A stretch of 64,000 nucleotides of DNA, taken from positions 297,363-361,362 of the forward strand of contig CAWKPH010000001.1 in assembly GCA_963851445.1 (NCBI GenBank). The letters are read 5' to 3'. A model generated the notes under the pieces. It was not told the DNA's origin, searched no databases, and saw nothing but the letters and a program-made list of their open reading frames with translations. Origin of the DNA: an uncultured bacterium (lineage in GTDB: Bacteria; Patescibacteriota; Minisyncoccia; Phycocordibacterales; Phycocordibacteraceae). Each line of letters begins with the position of its first letter. Position 1 is the stretch's first letter. This document shows, one piece after another, positions 10,870 through 21,554 of the stretch. A program made the position numbers and the translations under genes.

Positions 10870-11430
10870 TCAGAACGAGGGCAACAGGAAAGCAGTCGAC
10901 ATGTCAGGATCGAACGATCGATGATTCTCTACACGAAAGGCTGACAAAGTCTCCCGCCCGCCGACTCGACTCAGAGTCAAACAATAGGGACGTGTCCTGC
11001 TTGGGTTGTTCCGACGGGGGAGTTCGATAGGCTTATGCCACACGACCAAGCTGTCAACGCCCAACTCGTCTTGACTGAATGTTTCAGCGAGGAGCATTGC
11101 AACGATAGGTAGCGGTAAGAGGAAACCACGCTTCCGAGCATACTCTCCGATACGTATCGCTTGAGAACCATTCGTAGGAACGCCGACAAGTCGATACACA
11201 TTTTTCCCGGCTTCACGACGAAAATCACGCACCCTCTTTAACAACTCAAATGCCTGCCCCGTGACGTGACGTCGTTCTTCGATCCGACGCTCGATGTCGT
11301 TGAATGGCCTCCCTCGATCTTCAACTCTCCACCTGATTTCAGAGTGATTGTTGGAAGATCGAGTTGATTGATTTCGATGCATTGGGTCCCCCTCAAATAT
11401 TTCAGAGACGAGTCTCGGTTCCGGGCTCAT
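10870..11430 (-). CDS. Hypothetical protein
   Basis: 186-aa ORF followed by a hairpin. Confidence 0.6.
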   Translation of the reverse strand: MSPEPRLVSEIFEGDPMHRNQSTRSSNNHSEIRWRVEDRGRPFNDIERRIEERRHVTGQAFELLKRVRDFRREAGKNVYRLVGVPTNGSQAIRIGEYARKRGFLLPLPIVAMLLAETFSQDELGVDSLVVWHKPIELPRRNNPSRTRPYCLTLSRVGGRETLSAFRVENHRSFDPDMSTAFLLPSF

Positions 11431-11551
11431 ACTACAATAGTATCTGCAATCTACAACTCCGGTGTTTTGGCCCCTCGTGTATGAGGTAGAACGTGATGGT
11501 ATGAAAAAGCCGCCCGAAGGACAGCTTTCCAGTGGGCGGCTATAGAGGGAA

Positions 11552-11824
11552 TTAGCGCAGCACGTATGCGTGAAGCAGCTCAGTCACGAAGGTCTGCCGA
11601 GACACGAAGTAGTAGGTGACCCACATCACCACGTTGCCGATACCGGCAATGACAAAGAATATGTAGGGTATCATTCCTGCCAGATCCGCGTTCCAAAACT
11701 TGACGGACAAGTATACGGTGATAACCACACACACCACCGTAATGACCACAAGCAGTGGAAAGGCCAGAAAATATCCGGCTATGAACCCCACCAGAACACT
11801 TAAAGCGATGAGAAGTTCAGTCAT
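11552..11824 (-). CDS. Small membrane protein
   Basis: Three hydrophobic segments; GGGAG upstream; hairpin at 11505-11541 downstream. Confidence 0.65.
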   Translation of the reverse strand: MTELLIALSVLVGFIAGYFLAFPLLVVITVVCVVITVYLSVKFWNADLAGMIPYIFFVIAGIGNVVMWVTYYFVSRQTFVTELLHAYVLR

Positions 11825-11911
11825 CGAAGTCTCCCGTTACAGCTGATAGTTTTATAGAATGGAGTTCTTGATTTGTCAATTCTGGCTCTAAGAACCTCAC
11901 ATGAATAGAAC

Positions 11912-12901
11912 CTAAAATAGATATTGTCTCCCTGATTCGGTGAGCATGCGTCCACGAGGCGAGCGTTCAATGAAACCTAGTCGCAAAAGATAAGGCTCAT
12001 ATACGTTCTCAACTGTATCAGGATCTTCGTGAAGTGCGGATGCAAGCGCGCGAATACCCGCAGGCCCTCCCTTAAATCCTTTCTCAATGGTTTCAAGGTA
12101 GCGGCGATCGTCTTTAGTAAGGCCAAGCGAATCAATTCCAAAAAAAGCGAATGCTTCCTCTGAGACTTCTGGTGTAAGTTCTTTCTCATGCACTTCAGAA
12201 TAATCGCGCGCGCGTTTAAGAAGCGCATTTGCAACGCGAGGAGTTGCACGACTTCGTGCAGAAACCTTCTCAACCACCTTAGGAGAGACTGAAAGCCCAA
12301 GCACTTGTGCGGAACGCGTAATGATTGCCCGCAAATCTTCATCATTATAAAAATCAAGTTGATAGACCCCGCCGCCAAACCGAGAACGCAGCGGACTTGA
12401 GAGCTGCGCAACGCGTGTCGTTGCCCCTACAAGTGTGAACGGTGGAAGTGAAAGTTCCACGGTACGTGCAGAAGGCCCTTTACCGAGCACGATATCAAGA
12501 TGCCCCGATTCAAGGGCGGGATAGAGAAGCTCCTCGATCTTATTTGAGAGCTGGTGTATTTCATCTATGAAAAGTATGGAACCTGGTTCAAGATTTGTGA
12601 GAATTGCGGCAAGGTCGCCCGAACGCTCGATAGCTACTCCCGATGTGCTCTTTAGGGGGGCGTTAAGTGAAGCTGCCACTAGATGAGCGAGCGTCGTTTT
12701 TCCAACTCCAGGGGGGCCATAAAAAAGTATATGTTCAGGCATGTCGCCACGCTTACGTGCTGCCTCCAACAGAACGTTCACATTGTTCTTTACATGTGAC
12801 TGGCCGACATAGTCGTCCCAAACCGAAGGCCGAAGCGTAGCATCGAGCTGCCGATCAGGAGTACGGAGCGTAAAGGAAGGGACATCAGGAGTACTTGACA
12901 T
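11912..12901 (-). CDS. ruvB: Holliday junction helicase RuvB
   Basis: LRP, GPPGVGKTTLA, FIDEIH, GATTR, LRSRFG, YEPYLL. Confidence 0.97.
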   Translation of the reverse strand: MSSTPDVPSFTLRTPDRQLDATLRPSVWDDYVGQSHVKNNVNVLLEAARKRGDMPEHILFYGPPGVGKTTLAHLVAASLNAPLKSTSGVAIERSGDLAAILTNLEPGSILFIDEIHQLSNKIEELLYPALESGHLDIVLGKGPSARTVELSLPPFTLVGATTRVAQLSSPLRSRFGGGVYQLDFYNDEDLRAIITRSAQVLGLSVSPKVVEKVSARSRATPRVANALLKRARDYSEVHEKELTPEVSEEAFAFFGIDSLGLTKDDRRYLETIEKGFKGGPAGIRALASALHEDPDTVENVYEPYLLRLGFIERSPRGRMLTESGRQYLF

Positions 12902-13004
12902 AAAATCTATCTATGCTAGCATTATATCATATCTGAGAAAGCCTTGGATACGCACCTTCCGACGCGAAGGTTTTTTCTTTGCCCATCACACCCGTGAGAG
13001 GTAA

Positions 13005-13180
13005 CAGACAAAATCCTGCTCATTACCCTCTAGGCAAGGCTTGACGGCTTACGGGCGACTCCCCAAGGACCTTTTGGTACCGCGCTTGTACGCGACCCAC
13101 TGGTAGCATCCTCAGGCGTTTCGTCCACTTCTTCACTTGTGAAGATTATGCCTGGAGGGTACTGCGCGGGATTTTTTGTA
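13005..13180 (+). ncRNA. Candidate 6S-like RNA
   Basis: ~170-nt rod. AAAATCCTGC/GCGGGATTTT and TACCCTCTAGGCA/TGCCTGGAGGGTA form the closing stem (G-U pairs on the + strand), followed by a central bubble, an inner stem and an apical hairpin. Confidence 0.5.
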
Positions 13181-13274
13181 ATTAACAGGACAGACAAATA
13201 TTGACTGGCATTTCCAAGAGTACTACATTTACTCTTGTTCACTGGTACAAAACTTCATAGAGGAGTAATGGGGC

Positions 13275-13562
13275 ATGAGCTTGTACATTGGTCGTGTCAA
13301 AGGTATTGGAAAGAACGGCGAATTTGCTTTCATTGATTTCACAACAATTACAAGGGCGGATGAACAAAAGGACCTTAAGATACAGGGGCTAAGGAGCGAT
13401 CTTTTCCTTCACGTGAATGAAAACCAAGATCTCCCAAGGCCTTTGAGTCGTTGCCACAGAGAAAGTATAATTTTCGAAATTGATTTTGACCGGCGCAATA
13501 GCCGTGGTTCGCCTCTCGTATACAACGCTCAACTTCGCTTTCAAAGAGCAACCGGGAAGTAA
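13275..13562 (+). CDS. Divergent cold-shock (OB-fold) domain protein
   Basis: GRVK...GEFAFI (RNP1-like) and DLFLH (RNP2-like); TTGACT-17-TACATT promoter and GAGGAG SD upstream. Confidence 0.55.
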   Translation: MSLYIGRVKGIGKNGEFAFIDFTTITRADEQKDLKIQGLRSDLFLHVNENQDLPRPLSRCHRESIIFEIDFDRRNSRGSPLVYNAQLRFQRATGK

Positions 13563-13659
13563 AGTTGCCAACAGATCCGCTTCGGCTGATCTTTTTCATA
13601 TATTTACAAGAAAGAGGACGGTCTGGGACCGTCCTTTCTGTATATGAGCCTTGAATGCT

Positions 13660-13793
13660 ATGTCCTTGCTGTCTCAGGGAATCCATAGAAAGCGAGGAGC
13701 ATGTCTTTCCATATGTCACAGAACAGGGGAAAGAATAAGTATGAGCATAGGAGCACGATGGCCTCCTGCATTCCACTGAGACAGCAAGGACAT
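13660..13793. repeat. 18-bp perfect inverted repeat enclosing ~98 nt
   Basis: ATGTCCTTGCTGTCTCAG (13660-13677) and CTGAGACAGCAAGGACAT (13776-13793). Confidence 0.85.
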
Positions 13794-13855
13794 CCTCGTC
13801 GTCTACTAGCCAATTGTATTACCCACTGCTCTCGTATACAGATGTTATGCACCTG

Positions 13856-15532
13856 CTAACTCGATACATCGCGAGGAAGATCAACAACACTAAATACTTC
13901 TTCTAGTGATGTGATTCCTGCGAGTGCTTTGAGAACACCATCTTGCGCCATGGTTAAATAGCCCTGTTTCGAAGCTTCTTTAGCAATTTCGCCCTCGCTC
14001 GGATTGTTTCGTAGGAAGGTGCCGAAGGTATCATCCATAAATATGCCCTCGAAAAGTCCGGTGCGGCCTTTGTAACCCGTGTCTTCGCCATTTGGAACGG
14101 GAGACCCAACCTCCTCAATTGAGGCTGGCATAAGTGATTGATCAGACAATGTACTAAATATTTTTTGTATCGTGGCTTTTTCTTCACTAGTGGTGGGGCG
14201 CATAGTGTGAGTTTTTGGATTCAAGGTACGAACGAGTCGCTGCGCCATTGCCACAGATATTGCAGATGCGAATGACTTTGGATCGGCACCAAGATCAACC
14301 AGACGCGGAAAAGTGCCCGCAGCGTTGTTTGTGTGAAGTGTGCTAAACACAAAGTGACCAGTCAGTGCAGCCTGAATTGCAGTCTCTGCAACTTCCGCAT
14401 CGCGAATCTCACCAACCATGATGTCGTCAGGGTCCTGGCGAAGTATCGAACGAAGCCCAGAGGCAAAAGAATAATTCTTTTCTATTTGTGTCTGCACGAT
14501 TCCTTTCAGATGATATTCAATTGGATCTTCGATGGTGACGATCTTTATGTCGGGCGTGTAAATTTCCTGAAGAAAGGCATAGAGTGTTGTGGTTTTTCCA
14601 GAGCCAGTTGGTCCCGTTGTAAGAAGCATTCCATTCGGACGTTTGATTTCCTCACGCAAACGCTTCAGCAATTTCGGATGCATCCCCATGGAATCGAGTG
14701 TTTGTTCTATCGATGATGGATCGAGAAGACGCATCACAATTGATTCGCCATAATTGCCAGGTATAAGCGAGGTGCGAATCTCGATTTCTTTACCGCCCAT
14801 AACGACACTGAAACGACCATCTTGGGCACGGTCGGTAACGTTTAGTTTTAATCCAGAAAGTAATTTAATGCGTGAGGTGATAAGTCGGTCAGCGTGCGAG
14901 TCGAATGAGAATACATCAGTGAGCACACCATCAAGACGAAAGCGCATGCGGATAAGGCCATCTTCGGGTTCAATATGTATGTCTGAAGCACGAAGTGAAA
15001 ACGCAGAAGCAAGTACCGCTTCAAGAATCTTGGAAGTTTCCGCGTGATGCTTTTCAGCCATAGCGCTTGTGAGAAAGGTGCGTAGAGCAGGAAGGTCAGA
15101 GAGTTCTTTTGAAAGAACGTCAAGCTCAGCACTTTCGATGTTAAAGATCCCCGCCTCACTTTTGGTCGTGAGCGACAGATCCTGATACCGATCAATACCT
15201 CGCTGTAAGCTCGGCTCGGAAATTAAGTACTTATCCAGAACATAGCCCTCAGTCTCAAGATCATGGGAAACTCGCGCAAGTGCGTCGTTATTGGGATTAC
15301 GAAGTGCTACCGAAAGATTTTTTCCGTTCTTATCAAATGCAATAATTTCAGCTTCCCTCGCATCCTTTTCCGAGATTAGACGCAGGGCATCCATGTTAAG
15401 AGGGATGAGCGCAAGATTTATATAGGGAATTTCATATTTTTCAGCCAAGACCTGCGTAAGATCCTCCTCCTCCTTTGTTCGGATTGAGGCAAGTTTTGCG
15501 TCCTCGGCGTTTGCATCGAAATCGTGCGGCAT
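13856..15532 (-). CDS. GspE/PilB family assembly ATPase
   Basis: ASDIHIEP, QDGR, GPTGSGKTTTLY, TIEDPIEY, LRQDPD, GEIRD, TGH..STLHTN. Confidence 0.95.
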   Translation of the reverse strand: MPHDFDANAEDAKLASIRTKEEEDLTQVLAEKYEIPYINLALIPLNMDALRLISEKDAREAEIIAFDKNGKNLSVALRNPNNDALARVSHDLETEGYVLDKYLISEPSLQRGIDRYQDLSLTTKSEAGIFNIESAELDVLSKELSDLPALRTFLTSAMAEKHHAETSKILEAVLASAFSLRASDIHIEPEDGLIRMRFRLDGVLTDVFSFDSHADRLITSRIKLLSGLKLNVTDRAQDGRFSVVMGGKEIEIRTSLIPGNYGESIVMRLLDPSSIEQTLDSMGMHPKLLKRLREEIKRPNGMLLTTGPTGSGKTTTLYAFLQEIYTPDIKIVTIEDPIEYHLKGIVQTQIEKNYSFASGLRSILRQDPDDIMVGEIRDAEVAETAIQAALTGHFVFSTLHTNNAAGTFPRLVDLGADPKSFASAISVAMAQRLVRTLNPKTHTMRPTTSEEKATIQKIFSTLSDQSLMPASIEEVGSPVPNGEDTGYKGRTGLFEGIFMDDTFGTFLRNNPSEGEIAKEASKQGYLTMAQDGVLKALAGITSLEEVFSVVDLPRDVSS

Positions 15533-15585
15533 AGCTCTATAGTACCGCACCAGCCGACCTTTCAGTATTTTGATACAATGAGGCT

Positions 15586-16038
15586 ATGGACATCACGAGC
15601 AAGGTCTTGCATTCTCCTTCCGAAATGGAAAAAGAAGCTGCCTCACTTGTAAATGAGCTCGAGCCTGAGGCCACCCACGCCACCCTTATCACGCTTTCGG
15701 GTGAACTAGGGGCCGGGAAAACTACGTTTACACAGTTTCTTGCAAAAGCGCTCGGCGTAGACGACACCGTCAATAGCCCAACATTCGTCATAGAGCGTAT
15801 ATACGACATCCCTGAAAATGCAGCGGCGCGATACGCGAGACTTGTTCATATCGATGCGTATCGGTTGCAAAACGACAGCGAACTAACGGCGCTCGGATTC
15901 GAAGAAATCATGAGCCATCCGAAGAATCTCATCATGCTCGAATGGCCAGAAAATGTGCCGATAATCGCACAACAAGCGCAGGTGCGGCTTGTATTTAAAG
16001 CTCTCTCTGATGAATCGCGTCAGATTACCTATGCCTAA
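15586..16038 (+). CDS. tsaE: tRNA t6A biosynthesis ATPase TsaE
   Basis: GELGAGKTTF, SPTF, HIDAYRL, LEWP. Confidence 0.95.
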   Translation: MDITSKVLHSPSEMEKEAASLVNELEPEATHATLITLSGELGAGKTTFTQFLAKALGVDDTVNSPTFVIERIYDIPENAAARYARLVHIDAYRLQNDSELTALGFEEIMSHPKNLIMLEWPENVPIIAQQAQVRLVFKALSDESRQITYA

Positions 16039-18494
16039 GACTGCAACAAAAAAGACTCCTATAGCGAAGGCCGTCGTACAGAAAAATTCCGGAGTTGGTA
16101 AGAAGCGAGAGAGACTCATTTTGCTCGATGCGCACGCAATTATCCACCGCGCATACCACGCACTCCCGGACTTTTCGAGCCCGAGCGGAGAACCGTCGGG
16201 AGCACTCTATGGACTTTCTTCGATGCTGCTGCGCATCATTGCTGATCTCAAGCCTGACTACATTGCTGCCTGCTACGACCTTCCAAAGCCAACTATGCGG
16301 CATGAAGCATATCCTGCTTATAAGGGAACACGCGCGAAAATTGATGAGGCCCTCATCACACAAATTATTTCTTCACGCAAGGTATTCGAAGCATTTTCCA
16401 TACCTATATATGAAAAAGAAGGTTTCGAAGCTGACGATATACTTGGCACCATTTCACACCTGTACAAAGACGATCATTCTCTAGAAATAATCATCGCCTC
16501 GGGAGATATGGACACACTCCAGCTCGTCGATAAGGATCGTGTAAAGGTCTACACCCTCAAGAAGGGAATAACCGACACCATCTTGTATGACGAAAAGGCG
16601 GTGCGTGATCGTTTCGGGTTTGATCCAATCCTGATACAGGATTTCAAAGGCCTACGTGGCGATCCTTCTGACAACATTATTGGTATTCCTGGCATTGGGG
16701 AGAAAACGGCAACGGATCTCATTGTAAATTTCGGCTCCATAGAGAAAATGTACAAGACATTAAAGAAGGATGAAAAACAATTTCTTGATAAGGGAATCAA
16801 ACCACGCATCATTGAGCTCCTGAAAACGCATGAAGAGGACGCCATTTTTTCGAAAATGTTGGCGACGATCCGCTTAGACGCACCAATAAAATTCAAATTA
16901 CCTGAAGCAGTATGGAAAGATGGTCGTACGTTGCCTAAAATACTTGCGCTCTTCGATGAATATGGATTCCGTTCTATACGCGAGCGCGCGAAGACAGTAT
17001 TCCATGTATCAGCACAAATGGATGAGAGCGGCGAATTCACGGAAGATACGAACAAAGATGACGTCGCCTCCCCGGAAGACATTCCAGAAGAAACGCTTAG
17101 AGATGCGAAGGTTCTTCTCTGGCTCCTCGCTTCTGATTTCACGAATTCGACACTTGAGGACATGCTTTCCTACACGCGTGCACAAACGTTTGCAGAGGCG
17201 TACGTAATTCTGAAGCAAAAAGTAAAAGAAACTGGTCGGCTTCAGGAAGTGTACGAAACGATCGAAAAACCACTTTCACCAGTGTTACGAAAGATGGAGG
17301 AGCGGGGCGTGCTTATCGATCGCGAAACGATGGCTACACTCGCAAAAAAATATCGAGCAGAGCTTGAGAGCGCCGAGAAACAAATCTACAGCCTTGCAGG
17401 ACACGAATTCACTATAAGTTCGCCGCGACAGCTCGGCGACGTGCTTTTTGATGAACTTGGCCTCAAGGCTAAGGGGCAAAAAAAGACGGCAACCGGACAA
17501 CGTTCAACACGAGAATCAGAACTCGAAAAAAATTCGAGAACTGCACCCAATTGTAGAAGCTATTCTTGAATATAGGCAGATCCAAAAACTACTTTCGACA
17601 TACATCGAAAGTATCCCGCCTATGCTCCACGCGGACGGCCGACTCCACGCAGAATTCCTACAAACCGGCACAACAACCGGTCGCATGGCTTCTCAAAATC
17701 CAAATCTGCAGAACATTCCAATTAGAAGCGATCGTGGCCGCGCTATTCGCGACGCATTCATTGCCTCTTCTGGTTTCACCCTTCTCGCTCTCGATTATTC
17801 CCAGATAGAGCTGCGCATCGCGGCTATTCTTTCGGGCGATCCAATCCTATGTGAAATTTTCAAAAGTGGTCGTGATGTGCATCAAGAAGTTGCTGCACGT
17901 GTGTTTGGAGTTGAGCCTGAAAGAGTCGATCGCGAAATGCGTCGCCGCGCTAAAATAATCAATTTCGGTATCTTGTATGGCATGGGGGTCAATGCACTCC
18001 GCCAGCAACTGGGCACCTCAACTGCGGAAGCACATAAATTTTATGATGACTACTTTGCAACATTTGTGCGGCTTGCACAGTATCTTGAAGAAGTACGTGG
18101 GTATGCGCGTAAGCATGGTTTTACGGAAACGCTTTTCGGCAGGCGCCGAGAATTCTCAGGCATAAAGTCACCGCTGCCATTCGTACGCGCTCAGGCCGAA
18201 CGTATGGCGATCAATGCACCTATACAAGGAACTCAGGCTGACCTCATCAAACTCGCCATGGTACGCATCGACCAGATGCTTACAGAAGAAAGAGCTCAAC
18301 AAGATGCGTACTTATTACTCCAGGTACACGATGAACTTGTTTTCGAAGTTCGTGACGAACGTCTATCAGTGCTTGCCAAAAGCATAAAGGAAATCATGGA
18401 ATCCGCATTTCCCTCGGAGGAAACGAAAGGGGTTCCAATAATTGCCGAAAGTCGCGTGGGACCTAACTGGGGAGAGATGGAACGGATAATTTGA
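16031..18494 (+). CDS. polA: DNA polymerase I, frameshift at the A7 run near 17526
   Basis: 5'-3' exonuclease motifs (HRAYHA, EADD, GDPSDNI) and polymerase motifs (TGRMAS, DYSQIELR, INFGILYG, VHDEL) in two overlapping frames. Confidence 0.95.
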
Positions 18495-18557
18495 AACTCA
18501 GTGCCTTTAGCGTAGTATTCGGTGTAGAGAAAATACATATTGATGGGGGAGGAAGTC

Positions 18558-18782
18558 ATGGCTCAAAACCTGACTCTACAAGAGAAGAAGGTTAGGCGTA
18601 CGCTCAACCCGCTATGGCTCATCTGCGCCGGCGGCGCACTAATAGTTGGAATCGTTTTCGGCGCTGGTTCCTACTTGTTGTCTTCAGCAAACCTGACTGT
18701 AACAATTTTGTTTGGGGTGGTGAGTGCGGCCTGCACATTCTTCAGTCTTGGCATTTTCTGCTCGAATTCCAATTGCAGGTAA
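18558..18782 (+). CDS. Small two-TM membrane protein
   Basis: GGAGG SD and two hydrophobic helices. Confidence 0.6.
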   Translation: MAQNLTLQEKKVRRTLNPLWLICAGGALIVGIVFGAGSYLLSSANLTVTILFGVVSAACTFFSLGIFCSNSNCR

Positions 18783-18864
18783 AAGCCGCATACCCACACA
18801 TTTCCAAATGCCAGAGCGCTTCTATATAGGGGCGCTCTTTTTCATTCCAGGATAGAATGCTCTT

Positions 18865-19566
18865 ATGATCTATCTTTTTTATGGATCGGATGTAAGTAAG
18901 GTACGAGCGAAAGCTTTCGCATGGATAGCAGCAGCACGCGCAAAGGCACCTGAGGCTCCCTATATAAGGCTCGAAGGCGGAACCTTAACACGCGGTGCGC
19001 TCTCAGAAGCCTTGAGTGCACAAGGACTCTTTTATGCAAGATCGCTTGTTCTCATCGACGATCCATTTACGGAGAGCGAATCTGGTGAACTCATACTTTT
19101 GATGCTTTCTGAACTTGCTGAATCAAAGAACCCAATAGCCATAGTCGCACCAAAGCTCCTCGTAACTCGTCTAAAGAAGATAGAACCTTTTGCAACTAAA
19201 TTGTTCGAAATAGATAGTGTAGAAAAAAAACCAGCAAGGGGATTCAATAGTGCCCTTGTGAACGCGCTTGGTGCTAAGGACGGCGCTGTACTCTGGAGAG
19301 AGATCGTAAAAGCGATACGACAGGGCGATGCTCCAGAGGCACTACACGGATTACTTCATTGGAAAGCACGGGAACTTATGCAAAAAGGAAATCAAAAATG
19401 GAAACCAGGTGAAGCTCGTGTATTATCACGCCAGCTCATCGAACTTGTTTCCGATTCCCGTAGTGGAGATTTGCCACTCTCACTTGCACTCGAACTTTTC
19501 GCGCTCTCATTAAATAAACAATACGTGTCCGCCCGGCAGGGATCGAACCTGCGACCGTCTCCTTAA
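18865..19566 (+). CDS. holA: Probable DNA polymerase III delta subunit (short CPR type)
   Basis: MIYLFYGSD start, 'QGLFYARSLVLI', C-terminal 'LALELF'; the ORF end runs into the antisense tRNA. Confidence 0.65.
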   Translation: MIYLFYGSDVSKVRAKAFAWIAAARAKAPEAPYIRLEGGTLTRGALSEALSAQGLFYARSLVLIDDPFTESESGELILLMLSELAESKNPIAIVAPKLLVTRLKKIEPFATKLFEIDSVEKKPARGFNSALVNALGAKDGAVLWREIVKAIRQGDAPEALHGLLHWKARELMQKGNQKWKPGEARVLSRQLIELVSDSRSGDLPLSLALELFALSLNKQYVSARQGSNLRPSP

Positions 19567-19600
19567 AAGGGAGCTGCTCTACCAACTGAGCTACGGGCGG
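19528..19600 (-). tRNA. tRNA-Lys(UUU)
   Basis: Cloverleaf with loop CTTTTAA and GGTTCGAT T-arm; no encoded CCA. Confidence 0.95.
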
Positions 19601-19671
19601 TGTGTAACTGCAAAAACAGGTGCAGTAAGAAAGATATACCACGAACCGAGTGCGCTGCGAAGCGCACTACG

Positions 19672-20265
19672 CTAATACGTCAGCGTATCTACGACATTCC
19701 CATCTCCATCAATTAACTGAACCGTGTCATGCGCGAAGCTTGAGGGGAAGGGTGTTACAAAAAGAACCGGTTGTCCTGCGGAAAGAGTAAATGACGTACC
19801 TTTGCCGTTGGGGATGAATATATGCGCTTCATCTGCGTTACTTAGAATCTGCCAATCAAGGAGTGTCATTGGGGACGATACGTTAGAAGTAAGAATGAAT
19901 TCATCGTATTTTTGGCCCGGATTTGCGGTAGTATTTTCTGTGCTGCGTTCCATCGTCACCTTACCAGCGTACTGCGAATTTCCGGGAGTGTTACTTTGAC
20001 TTACTGGTGCAGGGGTAGTCCCTGTTTCGCTTGGGGTAGGGCCTTGCTGTGTCTTTTCTCCAACGCTAACCGATCCTCCCGGAACCGTGAGTGAGGCATT
20101 TGGATTAATCTGTGGGCCGTATCCCGATTGTGTCTCTCCAACATCACTGATTGGCGTTATAAAGGGCCCCGAAAAAGAAATTGGCTTACTTGGTCCGCCA
20201 CCCACAACCCATAGTGCGAAAAAAATGATAAGAATGATGACTATGAAGAAACCAGGGCTATCCAT
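19672..20265 (-). CDS. Membrane-anchored hypothetical protein
   Basis: N-terminal TM helix and beta-rich C-terminus. Confidence 0.65.
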   Translation of the reverse strand: MDSPGFFIVIILIIFFALWVVGGGPSKPISFSGPFITPISDVGETQSGYGPQINPNASLTVPGGSVSVGEKTQQGPTPSETGTTPAPVSQSNTPGNSQYAGKVTMERSTENTTANPGQKYDEFILTSNVSSPMTLLDWQILSNADEAHIFIPNGKGTSFTLSAGQPVLFVTPFPSSFAHDTVQLIDGDGNVVDTLTY

Positions 20266-20281
20266 ACAAGAATAATAGCAG

Positions 20282-21553
20282 TTAGCCGTTCGTGGATTTC
20301 AACTTCTCAAGCTCTTCGAGAACGACGCGCGAATCGCTCCAGGGCAATTTTTTTCCGCTCGCTTGCATAATATAAGGATCAGTTCCCTTGCCGGTTATGA
20401 GCACGGCGTCGCCTGATTTGGCCAGTGAAAGCGCGGTATGGATTGCCTCCCGACGATCCATAATGATGTGGGGCTTACGTTTCATTTCGCTCGCCATCTG
20501 AATAACGATGTGTCGCGGGTCTTCGTCATAAGGATCTTCATCAGTGAGAATCACCTCAGCGCACGCCTCGTCCGCAATCATTCCCATGAGAGGGCGTTTC
20601 CAGGTATCACGACCCCCGCCCGTATTCCCAAGGACACAAATTTTTCGATGATCGGGATACGCCGCGTACAAGGCCTTAAGTGAGTCGGGCGTGTGTGCAT
20701 AATCGACGATGGCCAAAAAATCCTGTCCCACTTCAACTCGTTCAGCGCGCCCAGGTATTTTTACAAGCTTGCTGAGTGCGCTGGCACACGTAGCAACGGG
20801 AACTCCAAAAAACTGCGAAGCTTTTATAGCAGCAAGCGCGTTCAGTACACTAAAGTTCCCTGGCTGCGGAACGGCTATTTCGGTGCCCTCGTACACGAAA
20901 GAAACACCTCCAGCTGAAAGGCTTGTGTTCTCTGCATCAGAAAGTGTAAAGGGAATTTTCTTCTCAACACCAAGAGATAAAAATCGTTTTCCGTATTCGC
21001 TAGATTCATTCGCAATAATCGCACGGGGACGCTTTTCGGAACGCTCGAGTGCTTTTCCAATTTTAAATTTTGCCTGGAAATACTTTTCCATCGAGCCATG
21101 CGACTCGATATGTTCCTTTTCGAGGTTTGTGAAGACAAGTGCGTTAAGTGAAAGAAACAGATGTCGATATTGCACCGCTGCTTCAGAGGTTAGTTCAACG
21201 ACGGCATGCGTACAGTTCGCATCAACAGCTTGGCGTAGGAATTTCTGAATGAATCCATGCCCCGGCAGTGTCATTTTGTAGAGATTCGGGCGAATCGTTT
21301 TTCCAATTTTGAAATGAATAGTGCTTGAGACGGCAACTGAGTAGCCGGCCTCCTCAAGAATCGTTGTAATCATCTCAGAAACCGACGATTTTCCTTTGGT
21401 ACCAGTCACTCCAATAACCACTAGTTTCTTAGCAGGGAATCCGTAGCGCACCGCACCATATAATTGCCACGCAGCATGGTAGGGAGAAAGAAGTGCACGG
21501 TAGATCGAAAGAGGAAGAACGGATCTAATTAAATTTTTAAGAGATTCCATCAT
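20282..21553 (-). CDS. murE: Mur ligase, MurE-type
   Basis: GVTGTKGKSS, ELTS, FTNL..EH, PGR, VDYAHTPDS, DRREAI, GKG. Confidence 0.9.
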   Translation of the reverse strand: MMESLKNLIRSVLPLSIYRALLSPYHAAWQLYGAVRYGFPAKKLVVIGVTGTKGKSSVSEMITTILEEAGYSVAVSSTIHFKIGKTIRPNLYKMTLPGHGFIQKFLRQAVDANCTHAVVELTSEAAVQYRHLFLSLNALVFTNLEKEHIESHGSMEKYFQAKFKIGKALERSEKRPRAIIANESSEYGKRFLSLGVEKKIPFTLSDAENTSLSAGGVSFVYEGTEIAVPQPGNFSVLNALAAIKASQFFGVPVATCASALSKLVKIPGRAERVEVGQDFLAIVDYAHTPDSLKALYAAYPDHRKICVLGNTGGGRDTWKRPLMGMIADEACAEVILTDEDPYDEDPRHIVIQMASEMKRKPHIIMDRREAIHTALSLAKSGDAVLITGKGTDPYIMQASGKKLPWSDSRVVLEELEKLKSTNG

Positions 21554-21554
21554 G

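Noticed and set aside
12930-13190. RNase P RNA or SRP RNA
   Set aside because: CGGCTTA is present, but there is no GAGGAAAGTCC and the region is too short. The SRP domain IV motif is also absent.
17520-17535. polA frameshift at an A7 run
   Set aside because: A homopolymer over-call is the simplest explanation; no stimulatory structure was seen.
19528-19566. holA-like ORF overlapping tRNA-Lys as an integration scar
   Set aside because: No integrase or duplicated tRNA end is nearby; this is likely simple run-on in a compact genome.
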